Below, piece after piece: positions 8,310 through 16,475 of a stretch of 54,137 nt of DNA. The notes under the pieces were generated by a model. It did no database searches. It worked only from the letters and a program-made list of their open reading frames with translations, and was not told the origin of the DNA. The number at the start of each line of letters is the position of its first letter. Position 1 is the stretch's first letter. Both the position numbers and the translations under genes were made by a program. Source of the stretch: a virus; IMG/VR virus record IMGVR_UViG_3300021400_000023. One strand, 5' to 3'.

Positions 8310-8524
8310 ACCTCAACCCCCGCTTCCTTGCATCCGTCCATGTAGGCTTTCATCCGCATGGCAAACAGATTGCCGATGTCCTCAATAACCTTCTGCTCGG
8401 CCTCCGCCGCGCCGTCGCTCGCTTTGATGTACAGCGGCACCGCAGGCAGATAATCCCCGGTAGCAGGATCGCGCAGGGCGGTATATCCAATCTGGATGTA
8501 TTCATCCTTCTTTTCCGCCGCCAT
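8306..8524 (-). CDS. Hypothetical protein
   Basis: The ATG at 8524 is preceded by AAGGAGG. The longer track ORF would overlap the cro-like gene. Confidence 0.5.
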   Translation of the reverse strand: MAAEKKDEYIQIGYTALRDPATGDYLPAVPLYIKASDGAAEAEQKVIEDIGNLFAMRMKAYMDGCKEAGVEV

Positions 8525-8526
8525 GA

Positions 8527-8739
8527 TTACACAGCCTCCTTGGCCGGTTTGTAGTGGTACAGCTCTTCCGGGGTTTTCTTCAACACCTGGCACAGTCCGA
8601 AAAACTCATCCACGTCAACCTTGCGCTTACCGGCGAGCATGGCGCTGAAAGTAGGCTCGCTCATGCCGATACGGTCAGCGATGTACTTCTGCTTCAAGCC
8701 GCTGTCTGCGACTGCCGCGCTGATGCGTTCATTAACCAC
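8527..8739 (-). CDS. XRE-family HTH regulator (Cro-like)
   Basis: 70-aa HTH protein (LKQKYIADRIGMSEPTFSAMLAGKR) that is divergent from the CI-like gene. Confidence 0.8.
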   Translation of the reverse strand: MVNERISAAVADSGLKQKYIADRIGMSEPTFSAMLAGKRKVDVDEFFGLCQVLKKTPEELYHYKPAKEAV

Positions 8740-8760
8740 GCTGTTATCCTCCTCTCTTTT

Positions 8761-8777
8761 CTTCGGAATCTCCGAAG
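8761..8777. promoter_or_regulatory. Operator-like palindrome CTTCGGAATCTCCGAAG
   Basis: Perfect 7-bp arms lie just downstream of the leftward -10. A related site TTCAGAATTTCCGAAG is at 8824-8839. Confidence 0.55.
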
Positions 8778-8786
8778 TGTAGATAC

Positions 8787-8815
8787 ATTATAATTCGGCG
8801 TCGCCGTATTGTCAA
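8787..8815 (-). promoter_or_regulatory. Leftward early promoter (TTGACA-17-TATAAT)
   Basis: The reverse complement reads ttgaca (8815-8810), a 17-nt spacer, then tataat (8792-8787). Confidence 0.65.
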
Positions 8816-8823
8816 CAGAAAAA

Positions 8824-8839
8824 TTCAGAATTTCCGAAG
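8824..8839. promoter_or_regulatory. Second operator-like site TTCAGAATTTCCGAAG
   Basis: It is related to the 8761-8777 palindrome and lies between the two divergent -35 boxes. Confidence 0.45.
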
Positions 8840-8846
8840 TTTTTTA

Positions 8847-8875
8847 TTGCAAAGGGCCTCCCGATACGATATAAT
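8847..8875 (+). promoter_or_regulatory. Rightward repressor promoter (TTGCAA-17-TATAAT)
   Basis: ttgcaa at 8847-8852, a 17-nt spacer, then tataat at 8870-8875, upstream of the GTG at 8905. Confidence 0.6.
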
Positions 8876-8904
8876 CAAAGAGAACAACGCAAGGAGGCGA
8901 TTTT

Positions 8905-9276
8905 GTGGGAGAAATAAGAAAGACCGTAGGAGAGAATATTAAGAAGGTCTGCCAACTAAAGGGAATACGACAGGTTGATATATCGGAGCACATGAAGGTG
9001 TCGCAGGGCACCGTTTCTAACTGGTTCAAGGGTACGAACTCAATAGATATTGAAAACCTCGCCGAATTGTGCTCTTTCCTCGGCGTTTCATTGGATCAGA
9101 TTTTCGGCGTGGCCCCGCTGACGCCAGAAGTTACATTGTCACAGGAAGAAACCGACCTTTTGAGCATGTTCCGTGCTTTGAACAGCCAGGGGAAGGATAT
9201 GCTCATGAGCACAGCCCGCGCTTTTGCTGGCAATCCTGATATGCAAAAAGAAAGTACGAAGTCAAAGATGGCGTGA
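8905..9276 (+). CDS. XRE-family HTH repressor (CI-like, no peptidase domain)
   Basis: GTG start follows AAGGAGG. The HTH is LKGIRQVDISEHMKVSQGTVSNWFKG. At 123 aa there is no room for an S24 domain. Confidence 0.8.
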   Translation: MGEIRKTVGENIKKVCQLKGIRQVDISEHMKVSQGTVSNWFKGTNSIDIENLAELCSFLGVSLDQIFGVAPLTPEVTLSQEETDLLSMFRALNSQGKDMLMSTARAFAGNPDMQKESTKSKMA

Positions 9277-9289
9277 TCTACCCGGAACG

Positions 9290-9892
9290 ATGGTGGAAAG
9301 GAAGGGAAATTCCGTGAAGAAGATAATCGCCCTGGCGCTTGTGCTGCTGATGCTGCCCGTCGCTGCCTCCGCAGAAAAAACGGATAGGCGCGGGCTTGTG
9401 GAGTTTATCGAGCTGTACGCCTCGCGTTTCGCCGTCTATGCCTATGAAAACGGGTTGGAATTTGACACAGCCCCGTTGTCGTCGCTTCCTCCGTGGAAAA
9501 GCGGCGATCTGCTCATGTTTGAAACGAGCGCCGGGACGGCTGGCGTCTATCCCGGCGGCTATGATCTGCACGATCTGGTTATGACCTTCTACTCGTTGTC
9601 GGACGATGATGTGGACAATGAGCTGTATGCTACAAGCTGCGTAATTGCCATATCCGCCCTTGAATTTGATGCGCAGTATGAAGTCGGCCCGTCCCTCGCA
9701 AGAAAATCCGCCGTCGAAGATGCAGCCGCTATATTTGAAGAAATGGGAAACAGGCTGGAAGAAGCGCTGACGCAATCAATGGACGGAGGGGGCCGCGTCC
9801 TCATTTACTCCGGGAATTATGATTATTTTGTCGAATACATCACCATGGGCAACCGTGATTTCGTGTATCTGACAGCCGAAGAACGGCAATAA
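9290..9892 (+). CDS. Secreted protein (possible lysogenic-conversion or exclusion factor)
   Basis: Signal-peptide-like KKIIALALVLLMLPVAASA. An alternative GTG start at 9314 follows GGAAAGGAAGGG. Confidence 0.55.
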   Translation: MVERKGNSVKKIIALALVLLMLPVAASAEKTDRRGLVEFIELYASRFAVYAYENGLEFDTAPLSSLPPWKSGDLLMFETSAGTAGVYPGGYDLHDLVMTFYSLSDDDVDNELYATSCVIAISALEFDAQYEVGPSLARKSAVEDAAAIFEEMGNRLEEALTQSMDGGGRVLIYSGNYDYFVEYITMGNRDFVYLTAEERQ

Positions 9893-10004
9893 AAATGCCC
9901 GCCCCGGTTTCCCAGGACGGGCCGCAAAATCAGCCAACACCACTTGTCCGATTTGCTATTTCATTATAGCGCGGCGAGGGTTATTTGTCAAGGAGCGAAA
10001 ACGC

Positions 10005-11621
10005 ATGAAAACCGTTAAAACCCAAAGCGGCGCGACGAAAGCGGTAATCTATGCCCGCTATTCGTCCCACGGCCAGACGGAGCAATCCATAGAGGGCCAG
10101 TTGCATGATAACTACGCCTGGGCGAAACAGCAAGGGATCACCGTCATAGGCGAATATATAGACCGCGCCCTGACAGGTACAAAGGACGCCCGCCCGGACT
10201 TCCAGCGAATGATTGAGGACGCGGCCAAGCGTCAGTTTGAAATGGTGATCGTCTGGAAGCTGGACAGGTTCGCCCGCAATCGCTACGACAGCGCCATCTA
10301 CAAGGCCCGTCTGAAAAAGTACGGCGTCAAGGTCGTGTCCGTAAAAGAGAACATCACCGACAGCCCGGAAGGAATTATCCTGGAAGGGCTGCTGGAGAGC
10401 ATGGCGGAATACTACTCGGCCAATCTTTCGCAGAACGTCAAGCGCGGACTGCGCGAGAGCGTGGAAAAGGGGTATTACTGCGGCGGCAGCATCCCATACG
10501 GCTACAAGGCGGAAAACCACCGCCTTGTCCCGGACGAGAAAACCGCGCCCATCATCCGCTATGTGTTTGAGGAGTACGCCAAGGGCACGTCCAAGAAGGA
10601 GATCATCGACGAGCTGAACCGGCGCGGCGTGCGCAACGGGAAGGGAAACCCGCTGACATATACATCCTTCCAGCACGCCCTACGCATGACCACCTATATA
10701 GGGGAGTATGTCTATCAGGGAAAGGTCGTGCCCTGCGCCGATCCTCTGGTGACGCGGGAAGTGTTTGACAAGGTGCAGGCCCGCCTTGACCGGCGCGCTC
10801 ATGCTCCCGCCGCTGCCAAGGCCCGCGTCCCGTATCTGCTACAAGGGAAAGCCTGGTGCGGCCTGTGCGGCGCGCCCATGTTTGGGGAAAGCGGTACGTC
10901 GCACACCGGCGCGCTCCACACCTATTACTGCTGCTACAATCGGAAACGGAAAAAGGGATGCAAGAAGAAAACCGAGCGCCGCGATAAGCTGGAAACCTTC
11001 ATCGTCGCCCGGACGATGGATTATATCTTGACGCCATCCCGTATGAACAGGATAGCAAAGGCCGTCGTGCAGGAGTATAACAAGGAGTTCTCCGGCTCCC
11101 GCGTGGAGGATATGGAAAAGGCCATCGCACAGATAGACCGGGAAATGGACAAGCTGGTGGACGCCCTAATTGACGCGCCCAAGGCCGCGCACAAGAAAAT
11201 CTATGCCCGCATGGAAACGCTGGAAGTGCAGAAAGCGGAGTTTGAAACCGACGCGGCCAAGCTGCGCGTCGCTATGGGCCTCCGCCTGACGGAAAAGGAA
11301 GTCGTGTCCTGGCTAAAGACCTTCCGCGACGGCGATCCCGACGATCCCGATTTCCGCCGCCGTCTGGTGGACATCTTCATCAATGCTGTGTACGTCTACG
11401 ACGACAGGATCATAGTCTTTTATAACATCCGGGGAGGCAAACAGGTGTCGAGCAAAGACCTGTACGAAGCCCTGGAAAGCCCGAAAGATAAAGAAAATTC
11501 CAAACCCGAAACAGGTTCGGATTTGGAATCATCTGGCGGGGCGGGTAATTCTAAATCCGAACCCGAATTTGTATTTGTGCATGGCGTCTTTGGGTGCATT
11601 TTCCCATGGGGCGAGGGATGA
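10005..11621 (+). CDS. Large serine recombinase (integrase)
   Basis: Resolvase-type N-terminus AVIYARYSSHGQ...DRFARN, a recombinase domain, a Cys-rich zinc ribbon (CGLCGAPM...YYCCYNRKRKKGC) and a coiled-coil tail. 538 aa. Confidence 0.92.
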   Translation: MKTVKTQSGATKAVIYARYSSHGQTEQSIEGQLHDNYAWAKQQGITVIGEYIDRALTGTKDARPDFQRMIEDAAKRQFEMVIVWKLDRFARNRYDSAIYKARLKKYGVKVVSVKENITDSPEGIILEGLLESMAEYYSANLSQNVKRGLRESVEKGYYCGGSIPYGYKAENHRLVPDEKTAPIIRYVFEEYAKGTSKKEIIDELNRRGVRNGKGNPLTYTSFQHALRMTTYIGEYVYQGKVVPCADPLVTREVFDKVQARLDRRAHAPAAAKARVPYLLQGKAWCGLCGAPMFGESGTSHTGALHTYYCCYNRKRKKGCKKKTERRDKLETFIVARTMDYILTPSRMNRIAKAVVQEYNKEFSGSRVEDMEKAIAQIDREMDKLVDALIDAPKAAHKKIYARMETLEVQKAEFETDAAKLRVAMGLRLTEKEVVSWLKTFRDGDPDDPDFRRRLVDIFINAVYVYDDRIIVFYNIRGGKQVSSKDLYEALESPKDKENSKPETGSDLESSGGAGNSKSEPEFVFVHGVFGCIFPWGEG

Positions 11622-11651
11622 AATCGCCCAAACCATCAATTTCATTTTCAG

Positions 11652-11691
11652 AACCGGCGGCAGGGAAAGCCAAACCCAGCCGCCGGTTTTT
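11652..11691 (+). terminator. Intrinsic terminator after the integrase gene
   Basis: Stem AACCGGCGGC / GCCGCCGGTT is followed by TTTTT. Confidence 0.7.
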
Positions 11692-11820
11692 CACGTTTCT
11701 AATTATCCGCGCGCGCACGCGCGAGGGGCCGTTTGGGGCCGTCCAGGTGAATGAAATTCATAAAAAAATTAAAAAAATTAGCGAAATGGTGGGCTCCCAG
11801 CGCCCGCGAGAGAGGAAAAT

Positions 11821-12780
11821 GACGCGCGCAGTACCTACACGCGGAAGCGGGCGCGCGCGTACACGCGCGGGCGGGCGAGCGCGCGGCGCGACGCGAGCGC
11901 AGGGGCGCGGGGGCGCGCGGGGGCACGCGGCGCGTGACGCAGGGGCGCAGGGGTGCGCGGATGCGTAGCGCGCTGGCGTTGCGCGTTGCGCGGTAAAAGC
12001 AACCCCGTAGGGGTTGCATCCTGGGGCGCGTAGCGCCCGCGCGATGGCGCGGGGCGTGGCGCGGGGGCCGCGCGTCCAGGGGTGCGGCGCAGCGGGGCGC
12101 GGATCGCGGGCGGGGCCATGGGCGGCCATGGGCGCGGCGCGGGCCGTCGGGGCAATTCGGCAGCAGGCCGCCGGGGATCGCCGCCGGGGCCGGGGCCGTC
12201 TGGACGTGTCCAGGATCGCCGCCGGATGGATCGCCCGCCGGGACGGTTGACAGCTCCGGCGACGTGTCCAGGCGGCAGGCAGCCCCTCGCACGCGCGCCC
12301 GCATGGGCGGCCGGGGTGGCGTGTCCAGGATCGCCGCCGGGGATCGCGGCAGGCAGCAGGGGGCAGCACGCGCGCGGGCATGGGCGGCCATGGGCGCGGC
12401 AGGGGCCGCCGGGGATCGCCGCCCGCAAAGGGGCAGCATGTTTTTATTTCATTCGGCCTTGATTGTTTCCGCCGGGGATCGCGGGCGGCGTGTCCAGGGG
12501 CAGCAGGCCGCCGGGGATCGCCGCCGGGGCTGGGGCCGTGTCCAGGGGCAGCAGGCCGCCGGGGATCGCCGCCGGGGCCGTGGACGTGTCCAGGGCAGCG
12601 GGCCGCCGGATGGATCGCGGCAGGCAGCAGGGGCCGCCCGCGTCCAGGGGGCCGGATTATTTCAGCAGGGGCAGCAGGCCGCCGGGGCCGTGTCCATTTC
12701 GACGGGCGGCAGGGGCGCGGCGCGCATGGGCAGCGCGGGCAGGATCGCGCTCACGCATATACGCGGGAACATAAAACGCG
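11821..12780. repeat. Hyper-GC non-coding region with degenerate 46-47-bp repeats
   Basis: Recurrent words are gccgccggggatcgc, gtgtccagg, ggcagcagg and catgggcggccatgggcgcggc. All six frames are open with Arg/Gly/Pro/Ala-rich translations and no RBS. Confidence 0.8.
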
Positions 12781-12834
12781 CGTGCGCCCGTTGCCCCTCA
12801 AAAAAATTTTTTTATTCCCCGTAGGGGAATACCT

Positions 12835-12875
12835 GGCCCGAAAAACAGGGGTGTTTCCGCACGGGCCGTTTTTTT
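12835..12875 (+). terminator. Intrinsic terminator at the right edge of the GC-rich block
   Basis: GGCCCG ... CGGGCC stem is followed by a T7 run. Confidence 0.55.
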
Positions 12876-12968
12876 GTGCTATGCTTTTCACGTCGCAAGG
12901 CAAGCGGCCCGCCGGGGACGGCGGCAAGCCCCCGAAAAAATTTCCCGAAAAAAATTTTTGAAAAGGGC

Positions 12969-13021
12969 TTGACAAACGGGGTACACCGTGATAACATGGG
13001 CACCGTGGACGGGGTACACCG
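12969..13021 (+). promoter_or_regulatory. Island promoter cassette P1 (TTGACA-17-TAACAT) with two ACGGGGTACACCG repeats
   Basis: ttgaca at 12969-12974 and -10 at 12992-12997. The repeats are at 12976-12988 and 13009-13021. An A/T tract lies upstream. Confidence 0.7.
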
Positions 13022-13054
13022 AACACAAACGACAAACGACAGGAGGCCAACACC

Positions 13055-13327
13055 ATGACAACGATTAGCCGCGAACAATTCCGGGTGCTTGAAGGGATCG
13101 CATATTGGCGGGCGGAAATCGCCTGGACGGTTGAAAGATACGGGGCCGACGACGTGGATTTGCCAAAATTCCGCGCAACCCTTGAAAGCCTGCTTGACGA
13201 AGCGGATCGAAAGTCGATCCCGTGGGCGGTACAGAATAACGTGCTTGTGTTCGCTGAAAATTGGCGGGCCGAAAAAAGCCGCTATTTGGATTGCGTGCTG
13301 CTTGAAAAGGGCGTCAAGGTTGCGTAA
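13055..13327 (+). CDS. Hypothetical protein (first island gene)
   Basis: ATG is preceded by AGGAGGCCAACACC. 90 aa. Confidence 0.65.
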   Translation: MTTISREQFRVLEGIAYWRAEIAWTVERYGADDVDLPKFRATLESLLDEADRKSIPWAVQNNVLVFAENWRAEKSRYLDCVLLEKGVKVA

Positions 13328-13424
13328 AGTCGAAACGCGGCGGGGCCGCGTCCGCCGGGGATCGCCTCCCGGCGCTGATGATGGCAGGCGAACACAACAC
13401 CGAATTTTTAAGGAGGCCAACACC

Positions 13425-14321
13425 ATGAAGGATCTGTATTCTGAAATCACCAACGGTATTATTGAACAGCTGGAGCAGGGCGTTATCCCGTGGAAAAAGC
13501 CCTGGACGGGCGTCAATTCCGGCGCTATCAGTCACGCAACGGGCCGCGCGTATAGCCTGCTGAATCAGATGTTGCTTGCCCGCCCCGGTGAATATATCAC
13601 CTTCAATCAGTGCAAGCAGGAGGGCGGCAAGGTCAAGAAGGGCGCGAAGTCAAAAATTGTCGTGTTCTGGAAGGTGCTGCCCCGTGAAAAGAAGGACGCC
13701 GACGGAAACATTATCACCAACGCCGACGGCAAGCCGATCATTGAAGGGCTGCCCGTGCTCCGTTACTTCCAGGTGTTTCATATCGACGATTGTGAAGGGA
13801 TCGCCCCGAAATGGGAAAACAAGCTGCCCGCCGTCGCAAGCCCCGACGAACGCGCCGAAAATGTTTTGATGGATTATGTACGCCGGGAAAACATTCGTCT
13901 TGAAAACGTGATAGGCGACAGGGCGTATTATTCCCCCTCCCGTGACCTTATCCGGCTGCCGATCATGGAGCAATTCGACAGCACCGCCGAATATTACGGC
14001 ACCGCGTACCATGAAGCAACCCATAGCACCGGCCACGCAACGCGGCTAAACCGTTTCACCGGGGACGCTGCCGCCGCCGCTTTCGGCTCCGAATCGTACA
14101 GCAAAGAGGAGCTTGTCGCGGAAATCGGCTCCGCCTGCTGCCTGCATGAATTGGGCCTTGAAACGCCGTCCAGCTTCAAAAACTCCGCCGCCTATATTCA
14201 GTCCTGGCTCCGCGTTTTGAAGGACGACAAGCGAATGATTATCAGCGCCGCCGCCCGCGCCGAAAAGGCCGTCAAGCTGATTTTCAACATCACCGACAGC
14301 AAGCAGGCGGACGGGGAATAA
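13425..14321 (+). CDS. ardC: ArdC-like antirestriction protein (ssDNA-binding N-domain plus HExxH metalloprotease-like C-domain)
   Basis: ATG at 13425 follows AAGGAGGCCAACACC. Motifs are IPWKKPW, ...RYFQVFH... and YHEATHSTGH. Confidence 0.8.
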   Translation: MKDLYSEITNGIIEQLEQGVIPWKKPWTGVNSGAISHATGRAYSLLNQMLLARPGEYITFNQCKQEGGKVKKGAKSKIVVFWKVLPREKKDADGNIITNADGKPIIEGLPVLRYFQVFHIDDCEGIAPKWENKLPAVASPDERAENVLMDYVRRENIRLENVIGDRAYYSPSRDLIRLPIMEQFDSTAEYYGTAYHEATHSTGHATRLNRFTGDAAAAAFGSESYSKEELVAEIGSACCLHELGLETPSSFKNSAAYIQSWLRVLKDDKRMIISAAARAEKAVKLIFNITDSKQADGE

Positions 14322-14370
14322 TCCCCGCCCCCTGCAACGCCCCGAAATCATTTTGAAGGAGGCCAACACC

Positions 14371-14601
14371 ATGAAAAAGCTGCTTGCAATCGTCGCCGCC
14401 CTGGCTCTTGTCGCCGCTGCATCATTCGCCGCCGGACGGGCCGCCGGTATTCGGCACGCGATAGAGGACGCCGAAATATACACGGTTGAATGTTACGATC
14501 CCGACAACCCCGACGAAAACGCCCGCCCCGACGGCACCGATCAAACAATCTATATCGAGCTGGACGGGGAAATATACGAGCACGGCATGTATCAGGGGTG
14601 A
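14371..14601 (+). CDS. Small membrane or secreted protein
   Basis: ATG follows AAGGAGGCCAACACC. Hydrophobic N-terminus KKLLAIVAALALVAAASFAA. Confidence 0.65.
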   Translation: MKKLLAIVAALALVAAASFAAGRAAGIRHAIEDAEIYTVECYDPDNPDENARPDGTDQTIYIELDGEIYEHGMYQG

Positions 14602-14683
14602 ACGCCCCGAAATCATTCCGCCCGACGATGGCCCGCCGGTTACGGGCCGAAACGATCCCGCCGGGATCGTCGCGGAAAACCGC
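14601..14683 (+). repeat. Double-hairpin intergenic element, copy 1
   Basis: aacgccccgaaatcattccgcccgacgatGGCCCGccggttaCGGGCCgaaaCGATCCCgccGGGATCGtcgcggaaaaccgc. Near-identical copies are at 15413-15487 and 18243-18323. Confidence 0.85.
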
Positions 14684-14707
14684 CGAAAAAAATTTTCGGA
14701 AAAGGGG

Positions 14708-14760
14708 TTGACAAACGGGGTACACCGTGTTACAATCCCAAACGTGGACGGGGTACACCG
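14708..14760 (+). promoter_or_regulatory. Island promoter cassette P2 (TTGACA-17-TACAAT) with two ACGGGGTACACCG repeats
   Basis: ttgaca at 14708-14713 and tacaat at 14731-14736. The repeats are at 14715-14727 and 14748-14760. Confidence 0.75.
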
Positions 14761-14800
14761 AACACAACGCCGCAAAAACATTTTGAAGGAGGCCAACACC

Positions 14801-15406
14801 ATGAAAACCGTTTTCACCTTTACCGCCGACAGCATCACCGTCAAGGGCAAGACTTTCCCCGCTGAATACTCCGTTACCCCGTCCGGCTCCGTGTTCGTGT
14901 TCGTCCAGGAGGACGGCAAGCAGGAAAAAACCCGTATTCGCTTCAACCCCGATCATGCCGAATACGCCGCCGCCCTGGCCGCCGCCCGCAATGAGCAGCC
15001 CGCCCCCGCTGCCGATGAACGCCCCGAAATCATTCCCGCCGCCGATCCGGCCCCCGCCGCCGTGGAAGAAACGCCCGCCGCCCCCGCCGCCGATCCGGCC
15101 CCCGCTGCCGATCCTGTCCCCGTCGCCGACGGGAAAGCGACGCGCGGCCCCGTCCCGGAAAAGACCTTCATCGGTGAAAGCATCACCGGCAACGGCTGGA
15201 AAATCCTTTTCGACGGCGAAACGAGCCGCACGCGGATTATCTTTGAAAGCAAGCCCACGGACGCCGCCCGCGCCGCCCTGGACAAGGCCGGTTTCTTCTT
15301 CTCCTCCGCTATGAATAGCTGGAATAAGAAATTGACCTTCAAGGCATACCGCGCCGCGCAAGCCCTGGCCGGTGAATTGTCCGCCCTGTCCCCCGCCGCC
15401 GCTTGA
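14801..15406 (+). CDS. Hypothetical two-domain protein with Pro/Ala linker
   Basis: ATG follows AAGGAGGCCAACACC. The linker ERPEIIPAADPAPA... is encoded by a copy of the intergenic junction sequence. Confidence 0.65.
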   Translation: MKTVFTFTADSITVKGKTFPAEYSVTPSGSVFVFVQEDGKQEKTRIRFNPDHAEYAAALAAARNEQPAPAADERPEIIPAADPAPAAVEETPAAPAADPAPAADPVPVADGKATRGPVPEKTFIGESITGNGWKILFDGETSRTRIIFESKPTDAARAALDKAGFFFSSAMNSWNKKLTFKAYRAAQALAGELSALSPAAA

Positions 15407-15412
15407 CGGCGC

Positions 15413-15487
15413 GGGAACATTCCGCCCGATGATGGCCCGCCGGTTACGGGCCGAAACGATCCCGCCGGGATCGTCGCGGAAAACCGC
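15413..15487 (+). repeat. Double-hairpin intergenic element, copy 2
   Basis: Near-identical to 14601-14683. Confidence 0.85.
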
Positions 15488-15522
15488 AACGCCACGAAAT
15501 CATTTTGAAGGAGGCCAACACC

Positions 15523-16422
15523 ATGAAATACACCGAGAAAACCGCCGCCGCCGTGCTCAATTCCCTGCTCCGCGCCGCGCGGAAAACGCCCCGCGAAAGC
15601 CTGCACGACGCCTGGACGGATGAACAGGGCCGGACTTGTGCAATGGATGGATACCGCGCCTATTGTCTGAACGCCGCCCCCGCCGGGATGAAAGTAACCT
15701 GGACGAGCCGCCCCGATCCGGCCCGCGCTGCCGCCCGCGCCGCTGATAATAATAAAATCCTGGCCCACGTTTTCAATGCCCTGGACGCCGGGAAAACGGT
15801 TGAAATGCCTGCCCCGGACGCGGACGCCGTGAAATCATTCATGGCCGCCGACAAGGAGCAGGGCGGGCGCGGGGTGTATGACCTGGGGAAAGACTTTCCC
15901 GCTGTGAATGTCAAGTATTTGTGGGATATAATCAGGCTTTTCCCGGTTGCGAAATGGTATGTTCTGGCCGATCCCTACGCCCGCATGGTTAGCCCCATTT
16001 TCATCGTCGCCGACGAGGGCCGCGCCTGCCTGCTGCCGATCCGGCAGGATAGCAAGCCCTGGAAAGCCCCGGAAGCGCCCGCCCCGGCCCCTGCTGAAAA
16101 GCCCGACGCCGATGAACGCCCCGAAAACATTCCCGCCGATGAAAACCCCTGGAAGTGTGACTATTTTGTGTACTCCCGCCCCGCCGGTGAAAAGCGTTTC
16201 CTGTTGACAAATCTCCGCGAGGGCACCGTGGGCATGAAAAAGTTTTACGCCCCGATGTACAAGGAAAAGCACCTGGAGCAAATCAAGGAAATGCTTGACC
16301 TTGCCGCCGCTGAAAACCCCGGCGCGGTTTTCCAGCTCCGCAAGCTGGACGGGAAAAAGGTTGTATATACCGCCGTCCCGACGGTTACGCCGGAAATGTT
16401 CGCCGCAAGGATCGCCGCTTGA
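15523..16422 (+). CDS. Hypothetical protein; weak sliding-clamp (DnaN)-like motifs
   Basis: ATG follows AAGGAGGCCAACACC. AMDGYRAY and CLLPIR are reminiscent of clamp motifs, a resemblance that is weak and unverified. Confidence 0.6.
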   Translation: MKYTEKTAAAVLNSLLRAARKTPRESLHDAWTDEQGRTCAMDGYRAYCLNAAPAGMKVTWTSRPDPARAAARAADNNKILAHVFNALDAGKTVEMPAPDADAVKSFMAADKEQGGRGVYDLGKDFPAVNVKYLWDIIRLFPVAKWYVLADPYARMVSPIFIVADEGRACLLPIRQDSKPWKAPEAPAPAPAEKPDADERPENIPADENPWKCDYFVYSRPAGEKRFLLTNLREGTVGMKKFYAPMYKEKHLEQIKEMLDLAAAENPGAVFQLRKLDGKKVVYTAVPTVTPEMFAARIAA

Positions 16423-16432
16423 TTATTCCATC

Positions 16433-16459
16433 CGCCCGCCCGTGGGCATTGTACGCGGG
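16433..16459 (+). repeat. Hairpin abutting an RBS (gcccgcccgtgggcatWtacgcgggc), copy 1
   Basis: The same 26-27-nt hairpin recurs at 19202-19227. Both lie immediately 5' of a GGAGG RBS. Confidence 0.75.
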
Positions 16460-16475
16460 CAAGGAGGCCGCCCCG

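Noticed and set aside
12158-12700. Possible CRISPR array suggested by the recurring roughly 30-nt word ggcagcaggccgccggggatcgccgccgggg.
   Set aside because: The units are degenerate and directly abut one another at a 46-47-bp period, without unique spacers of regular length. No cas genes or leader are present.
11594-12961. Many overlapping ORFs of 100-250 aa on both strands in the hyper-GC block (for example 11699..12439, 11758..12381, 12264..12824, 12380..12961).
   Set aside because: All six frames are open simply because stop codons are rare in this composition. The translations are Arg/Gly/Pro/Ala low complexity. No Shine-Dalgarno precedes any start, although real genes in this genome have strong ones. 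I treat the block as non-coding.
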